Shown: positions 32,667 to 42,190, numbered from the stretch's first letter. The stretch is 64,000 nt of DNA from an uncultured Candidatus Saccharibacteria bacterium (GCA_964401135.1 CAYNXC010000002.1:16457-80456); one strand, 5' to 3'. The notes: generated by a model not told the origin, from the letters alone. Translations and numbers: made by a program.

Positions 32667-33911
32667 ATGCCCGACGAATATCGCAATCATCATTACGTAC
32701 CACAGTGGTACCAAAAGAAGTTCATGCTACCGAACGAGCATGAGTTATTTCACTTGGATTTAAAACCCGAGACGTTCACCGATCCTCGCGGCGTGGTTCA
32801 TACCAAGAAGCCATTACGGCGACAAGGTAGTAAAAAGTGTTTCGTCCAAGAGGATCTTTATACGACGAAGATTCAAGGTATCGAAACAAAGGATATAGAG
32901 AAATATTTCTTCGGCGATATTGATACCAAAGGTCGTCCTGCTGTCGAATATTTCGAGGGGTTTGATTATCCCCTTAAACCCTGGGGTGAATCACTTCAGG
33001 ACATCATGCGTTACATGAGTACACAGAAGCTCAGGACTCCGAAAGGTCTATCATTTCTTAGCGAGAAAATTGGAAGTAAGGATAAGGACGCGATTCTACG
33101 CAATATGATCCGAGTGCGTAATGTTCATGCCGCTATTTGGATGGAATGCGTCTGGCTTATTGCAGACGCTTCACAGTCGGAGACTAAATTCATCATCTCA
33201 GACCATCCCGTTACTGTTTATAATCGTGAATGCGGTCCTCGATCCAGTTACTGTCGAGACTCAAATGACCCCGAGATATGGCTTCAAGGTACGCATACAA
33301 TTTTTCCACTTTCCATAGATAAGGTTCTCATTCTCACAAATTTATCCTGGGTGCGGAATCCATATCAATCCGCAACCAATCTACGACCGAATCCAAATCC
33401 ATACCGCAATGCGATATTCAAATTTACTGACGTTCAGGTTCGACGACAATTAAGTGAACAAGAGGTACGAGAAATCAATTTCATCATAAAAAGCCGAGCT
33501 TCCCGATATGTAGCCGCAGCCAAAGAAGAATGGCTTTACCCAGAAAGACATGTATCCAAATCAGATTGGAACAAATACGGTCATGGATATCTTTTGATGC
33601 CCGATCCTCGCGCTATTCATTGGGGAGGAACCATAATGTGGGGCGGTGGCCCAGGCGGTCCAGGTGCAATGGATGAATATGGAAGACTGCCCGGAGATCC
33701 TGATTTTGAAGCAGAGACAACCAAAGGTAAGGAGTACCAAACGCTCCCTTGGTTTCAGGGAGAATTTGCAAAGCTGTTCGGTCCTTATCGCCGAGGCCGT
33801 TGTATGCAACATATTGAAATTGAAAAGGAACGGGACGATGATGAATTTCACCAGTACCATCTCGGTCTTCAGAAAAAGAGCTATAAGGAACGACACGGCA
33901 AGAAGAAATAG
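32667..33911 (+). CDS. DUF4238 family protein (track ORF from GTG 32610)
   Basis: N-terminal HYVPQWYQKKF hallmark of DUF4238; ~415 aa with C-terminal extension. Confidence 0.6.
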   Translation: MPDEYRNHHYVPQWYQKKFMLPNEHELFHLDLKPETFTDPRGVVHTKKPLRRQGSKKCFVQEDLYTTKIQGIETKDIEKYFFGDIDTKGRPAVEYFEGFDYPLKPWGESLQDIMRYMSTQKLRTPKGLSFLSEKIGSKDKDAILRNMIRVRNVHAAIWMECVWLIADASQSETKFIISDHPVTVYNRECGPRSSYCRDSNDPEIWLQGTHTIFPLSIDKVLILTNLSWVRNPYQSATNLRPNPNPYRNAIFKFTDVQVRRQLSEQEVREINFIIKSRASRYVAAAKEEWLYPERHVSKSDWNKYGHGYLLMPDPRAIHWGGTIMWGGGPGGPGAMDEYGRLPGDPDFEAETTKGKEYQTLPWFQGEFAKLFGPYRRGRCMQHIEIEKERDDDEFHQYHLGLQKKSYKERHGKKK

Positions 33912-33914
33912 TTT

Positions 33915-35225
33915 TTAGTTGGAGTCCTCTGTAAGCAGAGTAATCTTCTTATCGTTCAGCACCAATCTGCTTCTTAGATGACCCATCAGTTCACGCTTCT
34001 CAAGCGGTGTACCCTCGCGGAGTACGTATTTTGCATATTCCTTTGTCGCAATATCGTCTTCATCGATCTGCATCTTGGGCTTGCCTTTGACCGCAAGTCT
34101 CTGCAATCTATTGAATCGCTTAATTTCTTCTTCGAGCTTCATCCGCATGCCAAGCTCGTTCATGGTGAGCTTGTCGATAATCTTGAATAGTTCCTCGACG
34201 AGTTCTTCCTCGCGGATATATTTGTTCTTGCAGTTCCTGTCTCTCGCTTTCGAGCAAGAGTAGTAGACGTACTTTGCATTCGTGCCATCTTTGAGCAGTT
34301 TGTATTTCTCCTGCGCCGTGATGCCCGATCCGCACATGCCACAGGTAAATAATTTGGTGAAGGCAAACTCTCTGTTCTCGCGCACAACTTTGTCGCGCTT
34401 CAATTGCTCCTGCACTTTCTTGAATAATTCCTCGCTGATTAGCGGCTCATGTGTTCCTTGATACCAGTTGCCGCTGTTCTTTGGATACTCGAATGGTCCG
34501 TAATAAATGGGCATCTGGAGCATGCGATATACACCAGAGAGTGTGAGTGGCTTGTTACCTCGCGTATAGAAGTTAAGCTCGAAACGGAGCCAGTTGTACA
34601 CTTTTCTACCGCTCCACAAATCGTATGCCACTTTTTCAAACATCTGCTTCACGATCGGTGCACGTTGCGGATCAATAACGATACGGCATTTCTTTTCTAT
34701 CAATTTCTGGTTGAGATATCCGAGCGGCGCCATGCCCGGCCACAACCCCATCTCCACTCTCGTTCTCAAACCTCGCTTCACGTTGATGCCCCGGTTGTCG
34801 TTCTCGAGCTTCGCCTGCGATCCAAGGATCATGAGGAGGAATTTTTCATTCGGATTATTAGTAAACTTTTGTCCGTAGGTGCGTATTTCCTTGAGCTTTC
34901 CAACGTCCATAAGATCGATCACTTTGCCGAGGTCGCCTGCGTTACGGCTGATGCGATCCGGCGCCCATGTGAGGATACCGTTGTATTTGTCATCCCTAAT
35001 TTCTTCGATGATCTCGTTAAATACAGGGCGCTGGCCAGTCTCCTTGGCGGAGTGAGATTCTCGCTTCATTGTCACAACTTCCAAATTTTCTCGCTCTGCT
35101 AGCTGGAGCATCTCCTTGATCTGGGAATCGATAGAAAGCGCCTGTCGTTCCTCCGCTTCGCTCGACTTGCGGGCATACAGGCAATATCTGATTGGTTTCT
35201 GTTCCTTTACGGTTGCGTTTTCCAT
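33915..35225 (-). CDS. Large serine recombinase (resolvase/invertase catalytic domain + recombinase domain + zinc ribbon)
   Basis: Catalytic Ser context YARKSSEAEE...SIDSQ, recombinase domain, CGMCGSGITAQEK...YYSCSKARDRNC zinc ribbon. Confidence 0.85.
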   Translation of the reverse strand: MENATVKEQKPIRYCLYARKSSEAEERQALSIDSQIKEMLQLAERENLEVVTMKRESHSAKETGQRPVFNEIIEEIRDDKYNGILTWAPDRISRNAGDLGKVIDLMDVGKLKEIRTYGQKFTNNPNEKFLLMILGSQAKLENDNRGINVKRGLRTRVEMGLWPGMAPLGYLNQKLIEKKCRIVIDPQRAPIVKQMFEKVAYDLWSGRKVYNWLRFELNFYTRGNKPLTLSGVYRMLQMPIYYGPFEYPKNSGNWYQGTHEPLISEELFKKVQEQLKRDKVVRENREFAFTKLFTCGMCGSGITAQEKYKLLKDGTNAKYVYYSCSKARDRNCKNKYIREEELVEELFKIIDKLTMNELGMRMKLEEEIKRFNRLQRLAVKGKPKMQIDEDDIATKEYAKYVLREGTPLEKRELMGHLRSRLVLNDKKITLLTEDSN

Positions 35226-35349
35226 GCATACACGAACATACCGGATACGGGTACGAAGTCTAGCCGCATACGAAACACAGAGCAGAAGCGGGAGGAAGTC
35301 AACTACACAAAAATCCCGAGGGAAGCTAAGGTCTTTTAGGGGGTGAGAA

Positions 35350-35562
35350 TTAAAAACTAATGAGATTGTTCACTTTAAGCCCTAGTGCTTTGGCGATCTT
35401 CTCCATGTTGGTGAGTGTAATGTTTTTCTCGGCACGTTCAATCATACCGATGTATGTCCTGTGGACTTTAGCCAACTGCCCTAAGCGCTCTTGAGAAATA
35501 TCGCGTTTCAGTCGTTCTTCTCGGACTCTTTTGCCAAATTGTATGAGAATAGTCTTGTTCAT
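35350..35562 (-). CDS. XRE-family HTH transcriptional regulator (Cro/CI-like)
   Basis: 70 aa, HTH_3 pattern LSQERLGQLAKVHRTYIGMIERAE. Confidence 0.8.
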   Translation of the reverse strand: MNKTILIQFGKRVREERLKRDISQERLGQLAKVHRTYIGMIERAEKNITLTNMEKIAKALGLKVNNLISF

Positions 35563-35661
35563 CTACACCGTTAAGTGTAGGAATTTGCTAACTTTGGTTC
35601 TATATACTATAGTTAGCATATATTCTTGAGAATTTTCATTGCAAAATTCTCGGGGGGGGGG
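35563..35661. promoter_or_regulatory. Divergent promoter/operator region with three inverted repeats and a G10 homopolymer
   Basis: ctacac-cgttaa-gtgtag; tgctaact-N17-agttagca; gagaatttt-cattgc-aaaattctc; then GGGGGGGGGG. Confidence 0.4.
35652..35661. repeat. Poly-G homopolymeric tract (10 G)
   Basis: ctcGGGGGGGGGGtaaaattgag ~20 nt upstream of ATG 35682. Confidence 0.85.
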
Positions 35662-36514
35662 TAAAATTGAGAACAATATTCATGAATAAAATCTTTAAAA
35701 GACTACTCGTATTTGCGGTACTATTTGCTCTTACTTCTTCGAATGTTTTTGCTGCAACTAAAACCTGGGACTTTTCCACTTCGTCGGACTACACTTTTGA
35801 TACTACTAAAATTGAAGTCATAGGAGGACAAGCACAATTGAAAGCTACAACAACTCCTGCTTGGTATGACACCAGTTGGAAATATAGAAAGAAAATATCA
35901 ATTGACCATACAAAAATATCGTCAGATTTAACAGATTTTCCTGTTCTCGTTAATCAAACTTCTGACTCAGACTTGGCAGCCAAAGCGTTAACGTCAGGTA
36001 ACGATATATTTTTCACTTCATCTGATGGAGTTACAAAACTAAGCCACGAAATAGAGACATATGCATCAACAACAGGAGCTTTAGCTGCATGGATTAAAGT
36101 TCCTACAGTATCCTCTTCTGTAGATACTGATGTTTATATGTATTATGGTAATGCTGCAGCTTCTGCTCAAGCGAATGCAAATGGAGTATGGGATAGTAAT
36201 TCAATTGTTGTTCAACATCTTAATGCTACTACTAGCCCAGCACTAGACTCAACATCTAATGCGAATAGTGGAGTTCAGTCTGGAGGAGTTACTTTCAGTG
36301 CAACAGGCAAGATAGGTAATGCTGTGAGCATGGACGGTGTTAATGACAAACTATCCTTAACAAGTAATAGTGGCTTAAACGCAACAGGCACCCTAAGTAT
36401 TAGTGCATGGGTAAATAGAACTGCATCGGGCAAGATGAGGGTAGTTGCAAAAACAGTTACTACTGGAACAACTGACAACCCATATGATTTTGGTATAAAT
36501 ACGGATAATACACT

Positions 36515-36522
36515 TTATTTAA
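36515..36522. repeat. 8-bp target site duplication TTATTTAA (left copy)
   Basis: Identical octamer abuts the outer ends of both terminal inverted repeats (right copy 39496..39503). Confidence 0.75.
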
Positions 36523-36548
36523 GGGAACTATATACAATGTTACCCTAA
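36523..36548. repeat. Left terminal inverted repeat of IS
   Basis: gggaactatatacaatgttaccctaa. Confidence 0.75.
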
Positions 36549-36551
36549 AAA

Positions 36552-37085
36552 TTAATTAGATTTTGGTTTGTCTAAATCTTCCAAAGAAAAGCCCAGGTCA
36601 GGAAAAATAAGATTTCTTAGATAAATACTCCCTGCAAAAAGAACGGTATTAATATCAACTCCAGACTGGAAAGCCCCTTGTTTGAGTGATTCTACAACAT
36701 CAGGACAATGTATTGGTAACTCCATCATTATCTCGGATATTACTTTCTCTGCATCATAAGGATTAGTCGTATTTTTACTTTGAACTAATTTTAGAAGTTC
36801 GTCTTTTTTTGCGTCAATAATTTCTTTAATTCCGCTATCATCTAAGATAGCTTGCCCTCTTGAGTTTAATTGTCGTGGAGAATTAGCAGGTGCAATTTTG
36901 TCTTTCCATAGAATATCCAGTTTAGGGAACATATCTGCCACTTTGGGTTTAATGTCTTTAATATCTTCCAGCATAAAATTTGTTCTTTCATCAATCCTCG
37001 CAATCAATTCACGAGTATTACCCAACAGGATAGCAGAAATCCAGTTACCTGCTTTTTTGGCTAAATTAAGGGCTTGTTGTTCCAT
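36552..37085 (-). CDS. Hypothetical protein (177 aa), passenger gene of the IS element, reading outward through the left IR
   Basis: ORF inside IS boundaries; no recognisable family. Confidence 0.5.
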   Translation of the reverse strand: MEQQALNLAKKAGNWISAILLGNTRELIARIDERTNFMLEDIKDIKPKVADMFPKLDILWKDKIAPANSPRQLNSRGQAILDDSGIKEIIDAKKDELLKLVQSKNTTNPYDAEKVISEIMMELPIHCPDVVESLKQGAFQSGVDINTVLFAGSIYLRNLIFPDLGFSLEDLDKPKSN

Positions 37086-37197
37086 AGGATTATTACATTA
37101 CTAGTATATCAAAACGGCTGTTGCAAGTTAATACTAGTCAAAAAGTTACCCCCAATTATTACTTGACAACCCTATTGTGATCGTATAAGCTATAGGT

Positions 37198-38115
37198 ATG
37201 GATAGCCGATACAAAACCTTGGTAGAGTTCCTCGCCCACTTTAAGGATGAGGAAACCTGTCAAAAATACTTTGAGCAAATCCGCTTCTCCCAAGGCGAGT
37301 ATTGCCCTCATTGTAACCACAGTAAAATCAACCGCTTTTCAGACGGCAAACGCTTTCGCTGTGCTAAGTGCAAAAAGGACTTCACTATTAAGACCAAGAC
37401 CGTCTTTGGCGAAAGCAAAATCTCAATGCAGAAATGGTTTGTCGCAATTTACCTTTTGTCCGTCAATAAGAAAGGCATTAGCTCTATTAACCTAGCCGAG
37501 CAAGTGGGCGTTACTCAAAAGACCGCGTGGTTTATGGATCATCGTATTCGTAAAGCCTTGAAACAAAATAGCGGTCAGTTGTTTGGCACAGTAGAAATAG
37601 ACGAAACCTATATCGGCGGCAAGGAAAAGAACAAGCACGCCCACAAGCGAACCAAGCGCACCCAAGGCCGAAACACTTTGACCAAAACCCCTGTAATGGG
37701 AATGATACAGCGAGGCGGTGCAATGAAAGCCAAAGTGATAGATAATGTAAAGATGCGAACCTTGGAAAGTCTGATTATTGAAAATGTAAAAATTGGGACA
37801 CAGCTCTACACAGACGAGTTTTTGTCTTACTCCAAAATCGGCAGTCTCTTTGCTCACGAGGCCGTGTCACACGGCAAAGGCCAGTATGTAAAAGGTGATA
37901 GCCACTCCAACACCGCCGAGAGTTTTTGGGCATTGTTTAAGCGTGGCTACTACGGCACTTACCACAACATGAGTAAGAAGCATTTGCAGAAGTATGTGGA
38001 CGAGTTCGTGTATCGCTTTAACAACCGAGCCGTGGAGCTAGCCGATGTATTCACTGATGTCGTGGCGAATGTAGCGGGTAGCGAGAAGCTGGCTTATAAG
38101 ACTCTTACCGCTTAA
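37198..38115 (+). CDS. IS1595-family (ISXO2-like) DDE transposase with N-terminal zinc finger
   Basis: CPHCNHSKINRFSDGKRFRCAKCKKDFT zinc ribbon; ISXO2-like transposase core. Confidence 0.85.
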   Translation: MDSRYKTLVEFLAHFKDEETCQKYFEQIRFSQGEYCPHCNHSKINRFSDGKRFRCAKCKKDFTIKTKTVFGESKISMQKWFVAIYLLSVNKKGISSINLAEQVGVTQKTAWFMDHRIRKALKQNSGQLFGTVEIDETYIGGKEKNKHAHKRTKRTQGRNTLTKTPVMGMIQRGGAMKAKVIDNVKMRTLESLIIENVKIGTQLYTDEFLSYSKIGSLFAHEAVSHGKGQYVKGDSHSNTAESFWALFKRGYYGTYHNMSKKHLQKYVDEFVYRFNNRAVELADVFTDVVANVAGSEKLAYKTLTA

Positions 38116-38116
38116 T

Positions 38117-39025
38117 ATGTCCCCACGAGAACGCAAATATCACGAGGGGTTAGGGGTAGACTTTAATCAAGCTCTTGTCTCTATTGCTGGTGAGAACCGA
38201 ACCGAGCGGAGTATCGCCGCCCGACCATTTCTAAAGTGGGTCGGTGGCAAGCGGTCAATCCTGCCAGAGCTTCTAAAGCGGTTGCCGACCAAGTATGACG
38301 CTTACCATGAGCTGTTTCTAGGCGGTGGTGCGTTGTACTTCGCCGTCCAGCCAGAGGAGGCTTATCTGTCTGATGTAAACTTCCACCTCATCCTTACTTT
38401 CAAGGCGGTGCGAGATGATCTGGACAGCTTAATCCGTCAGTTAAAAATCCACGAACGATTACACAACAAGGAATACTATCTCAAAGCTCGCCAGAAGCTC
38501 TTTAAGGAAAAGGACACCACCAAACTGGCGGCTCTCTTTATCTACCTCAATAAAACTTGCTTCAATGGTCTTTACCGAGTAAACAAGGGGGGTGGCTTCA
38601 ATGTCCCGATGGGCGACTACAAAGACCCAAACATTTTAGACGAGGAAAATCTGCGTAATGCTTCAAAGGTTTTAGCGACCGCCGAGATTAAACAGCACGG
38701 CTTTGAGCATACCAAAATCTACAAAGGCGACTTCTACTATCTTGACCCGCCCTATCACGAAACCTATAGCGGTTATGATGGCTCTGGCTTTGGCGATGAA
38801 CACCACCGCAAGCTCGCCGAGTTCTGCAAACAGATAGACCAAAAGGGCAGTTACTTTATGCTCTCCAACAGCGACACGCCATTTGTCAGAGAGTTATATA
38901 AGGGCTATACTATTGAGCAAGTAGAGGCTTCACGAAATGTCTCTTGCAAAGCCCACCAGCGAGGCAAAGAAAATGAGCTTATCATCCGAAACTACACCAA
39001 TAACGGGGGGCGGACAAGCCAATAA
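38117..39025 (+). CDS. DNA adenine methyltransferase, D12 class (Dam/DpnM-like)
   Basis: Motif I FLGGGALYF, catalytic DPPY (YYLDPPYHETYSGYDGSG); start 1 nt after transposase stop. Confidence 0.85.
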   Translation: MSPRERKYHEGLGVDFNQALVSIAGENRTERSIAARPFLKWVGGKRSILPELLKRLPTKYDAYHELFLGGGALYFAVQPEEAYLSDVNFHLILTFKAVRDDLDSLIRQLKIHERLHNKEYYLKARQKLFKEKDTTKLAALFIYLNKTCFNGLYRVNKGGGFNVPMGDYKDPNILDEENLRNASKVLATAEIKQHGFEHTKIYKGDFYYLDPPYHETYSGYDGSGFGDEHHRKLAEFCKQIDQKGSYFMLSNSDTPFVRELYKGYTIEQVEASRNVSCKAHQRGKENELIIRNYTNNGGRTSQ

Positions 39026-39473
39026 AACGGGCAGTGTTTTAGAGCTATTTATCAAGCGACTTTTAGAGGACAACGGCTACACCGCCTTTCCTAACCACAA
39101 AGCCCAGCTATTCGCCAATCGTAAAACTGTCGGTGGTAAGCAATACTCTACCCAAGTTCCTTGTGGTACGAGTATCTACGAAACCCAGCGTAAATGCGAC
39201 TTCTTGATCATGAACCAAGACAAGTTCCCCGATGGACTGGTGATTGAGTGCAAGTGGCAACAGTCTACTGGCTCGGTAGACGAGAAGTACCCTTTTACCT
39301 TGTTTAACATCATCAAGATCGGCGTGCCAACCATCATTCTGCTGGACGGCAACGGCTACAAAAAGGCGGCGATGAAGTGGTTAAAAGACCAAGTGAACCC
39401 ACAGAGAGCCTTAATCGGCGTTTACAATATGGCCGAGTTTCAAGCTATGGTAAATAAGGGGTTTTTAGGTTAG
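38973..39473 (+). CDS. Small PD-(D/E)xK nuclease, putative restriction endonuclease partner of the MTase (track ORF from 38937; start uncertain)
   Basis: CDFLIM...LVIECKWQ (D...E-x-K) core; overlaps MTase 3' end in another frame; stop codon lies within the IS right IR. Confidence 0.5.
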   Translation: MSLSSETTPITGGGQANKTGSVLELFIKRLLEDNGYTAFPNHKAQLFANRKTVGGKQYSTQVPCGTSIYETQRKCDFLIMNQDKFPDGLVIECKWQQSTGSVDEKYPFTLFNIIKIGVPTIILLDGNGYKKAAMKWLKDQVNPQRALIGVYNMAEFQAMVNKGFLG

Positions 39474-39495
39474 GGTAACTTTGTATATAATTCCC
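39470..39495. repeat. Right terminal inverted repeat of IS
   Basis: ttagggtaactttgtatataattccc. Confidence 0.75.
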
Positions 39496-39503
39496 TTATT
39501 TAA
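39496..39503. repeat. 8-bp target site duplication TTATTTAA (right copy)
   Basis: Matches 36515..36522. Confidence 0.75.
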
Positions 39504-42190
39504 ATCGTGCAGATTCAAGTGTTGTAAATTTTCTATCAAGTTCAACAACTGTACCGACAAATTCATGGACAAAAATTGAAGTAATTGATGACACTGTCGT
39601 TAAAAGTGCTTTCAACAGCGTCTCAAAATTAGTCACCCTAGCGACATCTACAAGAGCGTGGCAGGGGGTAGCAAGTGATGGGACTTATATCTATGCAATT
39701 GGACAAAATGCTATTTCGCAGTTTGATATGCAAGGTAATTTTATAAAAGAAAAGAATAATGTATACAGTGGTTTTACTGGTGGCAACATCCTAGGTAATG
39801 GAACAGTAATTAATGGAAAGTTATATGTCGGGGCATATAATGCGAATACTTTAGGAGCGTCAACAAATCCTAATTACACTCCGTTATCAGATCTTCAATC
39901 AAAAATTGCTGTCTTTAGCCTATCTGATTTTTCATTAATTGAAGATTTTAACCTTGGTACTCAAGTAAAAATTGCTGAGGGTGTTGATTATCACAATGGT
40001 TACTTTTGGGTAGTTGATGGATGGTTTGATACTTTCGTCGTAAAAAAATACGATACTAGTTTTAATTTAGTCTCTACGTATAGCTTGCCTGTAGCAAATG
40101 CTTTCGCTGGAGAATTAACATACCAAAATATTAATTGGTATGGGAATGACATTTTTGTTAATTGGCATGGCTCAAATTCTTTTGGACAAACCTATGCTTA
40201 TGGGTTGGATCATTATTCTTTTGACGGAACAAATTTTAATTTTGTAGAACGATTAAGACCAGTAACATATGGTGCAGGTCAAGGTATTGCAATTGTCGGA
40301 AATACGTTTTATTGGGCAGATAGACCTGGAAATGCGATCTACAAATCAACATATGTTGGAGCTGGAAATGGTGATGATGGTATTGATCCATCACATACAA
40401 AATTTTTCATAAATGGAGTTGGTGAGCTTGCTCATGTAAGTACTGGCTCTCTCACTGTGCTTTCACCTACAAGTAATACCAGTCCAACGGTTATTGGAAC
40501 TAGGGGCGATTCAAGTAGTTTTTATAAAGGTGTCATAGATGAAGTTCGAATTTCAAATGCGGCAAGATCAGATGCATGGGTCTCGGCAAGTTACGCCAAT
40601 GAAAACTCACCAAGTACATTCTATTCGATGGGTTCGGAACAAAAAAATTATGCAGCTACTAACCCGACTGTTAATCCCACATCATTAAATGCGCAAGCCT
40701 TCTCATCCCTGTCAGGCTTTTCAGCAGTTGAAGTAAGTAATGGAGGAAATATAAAGTATCAAGTTTCAAATGATGGAGGAACCACATGGTATTGGTACAA
40801 CTCTGGCTGGAATACAACAACTTCAGGATACTCTGAGACAAATGCATCTTCAACTATAAATACAAATATCGCTTCTTTACCTGTAGGAAGTGGATCATAC
40901 TTATTTAAAGCATATTTAAATTCTGATGGAACGCAGCAACCTCAGATAGACAGTGTGGTGCTCACATACTCTGCGCCACTTGATATTACAGCTCCTATTA
41001 TATCTGCGATAGCGTCTTCTACATCCCAAACTTCAGCAACTATTACCTGGACGACCGATGAATCAGCCACATCAACGGTAAATTATGGTCTTAACACTTC
41101 ATACGGTACAGCGTCATCCTCATCATCTCTCGTTACCTCTCATTCGATATCCTTGTCAGGATTAACCGCATCAACCGCATACCATTTCCAAGTAGCATCA
41201 GCTGACGCTTCTGGAAACGTTGCAACTTCTTCAGACTATACATTCACCACAACAGCAGTGCCTGACACAACGCCTCCGGTCATTTCATCAATTTCTTCCG
41301 GTTCACTTTCAACTTCAGGAACAACTATAACTTGGACCACTGATGAAGCTGCGGATTCCCAAGTTAACTACGGCACAAGTGCCTCATATGGATCACAGAC
41401 GACCCTTGATTCAACACTAGTGACGAGTCACTCCATTGTAATTTCAGGTCTTTCTGCAGGAACGACGTATCACTACCAAGTAGTGTCAAAAGATGCTTCT
41501 GGAAACACAGCTACATCTTCTGACCAAACCTTTACCACTTCAGCACAGCCTTCGAGCGGGGGTTCATCAAGCGGATCATATTCCGGAGGAGGCTCAATCC
41601 TTATCCAACCTTCTGTGCCGGGCTGTCCTACAGGATTCAATTGTGTAGTAAATCCAACCCCTACCATTTTACCAAATACTTTTACTCGTGATCTCACCAT
41701 AAAAAGTACTGGTAGTGATGTGAAGGTATTGCAGCAGTTCCTGATCGCTAAAGGCTTTCTTGCGAGCGGCAATGACACGGGATACTTTGGTCCTCTGACG
41801 CAAGCTGCTCTCGCGCAATACCAGCTTTCGATGGGTATTAAACCATCGGTTGGATATTTCGGCTCACTTACTCGTGCAGTCATTGCTGTCTCGCAGAACA
41901 TATCACCTACTACTCCATCAATATCAACAAATCCGACGGTACTTCCAAGCACGTTTACTCGAGATCTGTATTTCGGCATGAGTGGAGACGATGTAAAACT
42001 CTTGCAAAAGTTCCTTAATGACCATCAATTTATAGTCAGCCAAACTGGCGCAGGATCTCCAGGACTTGAATCAAATTATTTCGGCCCAGCCACCCGAGAC
42101 GCCCTTATTCGTTTTCAGACTTACAATCACATAGTCCCTGCAGTAGGGTATTTTGGTTCGCTTACACGCCAATTCGTAAATGGTCAGTAG
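39504..42190 (+). CDS. 3' portion of the IS-disrupted surface protein gene: LamG C-terminal part, two Fn3 domains, Ser/Gly linker, two C-terminal peptidoglycan-binding (PG_binding_1-like) domains; first in-frame ATG at 39728
   Basis: Frame stays open from 39491 upstream of the ATG (…LNRADSSVVNFLSSSTTVPTNSWTKIEV…); GVIDEVRISNAARSDAWV LamG end; TWTTDE...TYHYQV Fn3 x2; GYFGPLTQAALAQYQ PGBD x2. Confidence 0.7.

Larger units (their letters stand above)
35667..36548 (+). pseudogene. 5' fragment of IS-disrupted surface protein gene: signal peptide + DUF2341 + N-terminal half of LamG/concanavalin-like domain
   Basis: WKYRKKISIDHTKISSDLTDFPVLV...DIFFTSSDG...VDTDVYMYYGNAAAS (DUF2341 pattern) then LamG start; ORF stops at TAA that lies inside the IS left inverted repeat. 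Confidence 0.7.
36523..39495 (+). mobile_element. IS1595-family composite insertion element (~2.97 kb) carrying a transposase, a Dam-like MTase, a small PD-(D/E)xK nuclease and an unknown gene
   Basis: 26-bp imperfect TIRs GGGAACTATATACAATGTTACCCTAA / revcomp GGGAATTATATACAAAGTTACCCTAA (24/26), flanked by perfect 8-bp TSD TTATTTAA; removing element + one TSD restores one continuous ORF. Confidence 0.8.

Noticed and set aside
32504-35225. Serine recombinase having integrated the island into tRNA-Ser
   Set aside because: I found no downstream direct repeat of the tRNA-Ser 3' end. Large serine recombinases rarely target tRNA genes, and the recombinase is 2.7 kb away from the tRNA, so island boundaries remain undefined.
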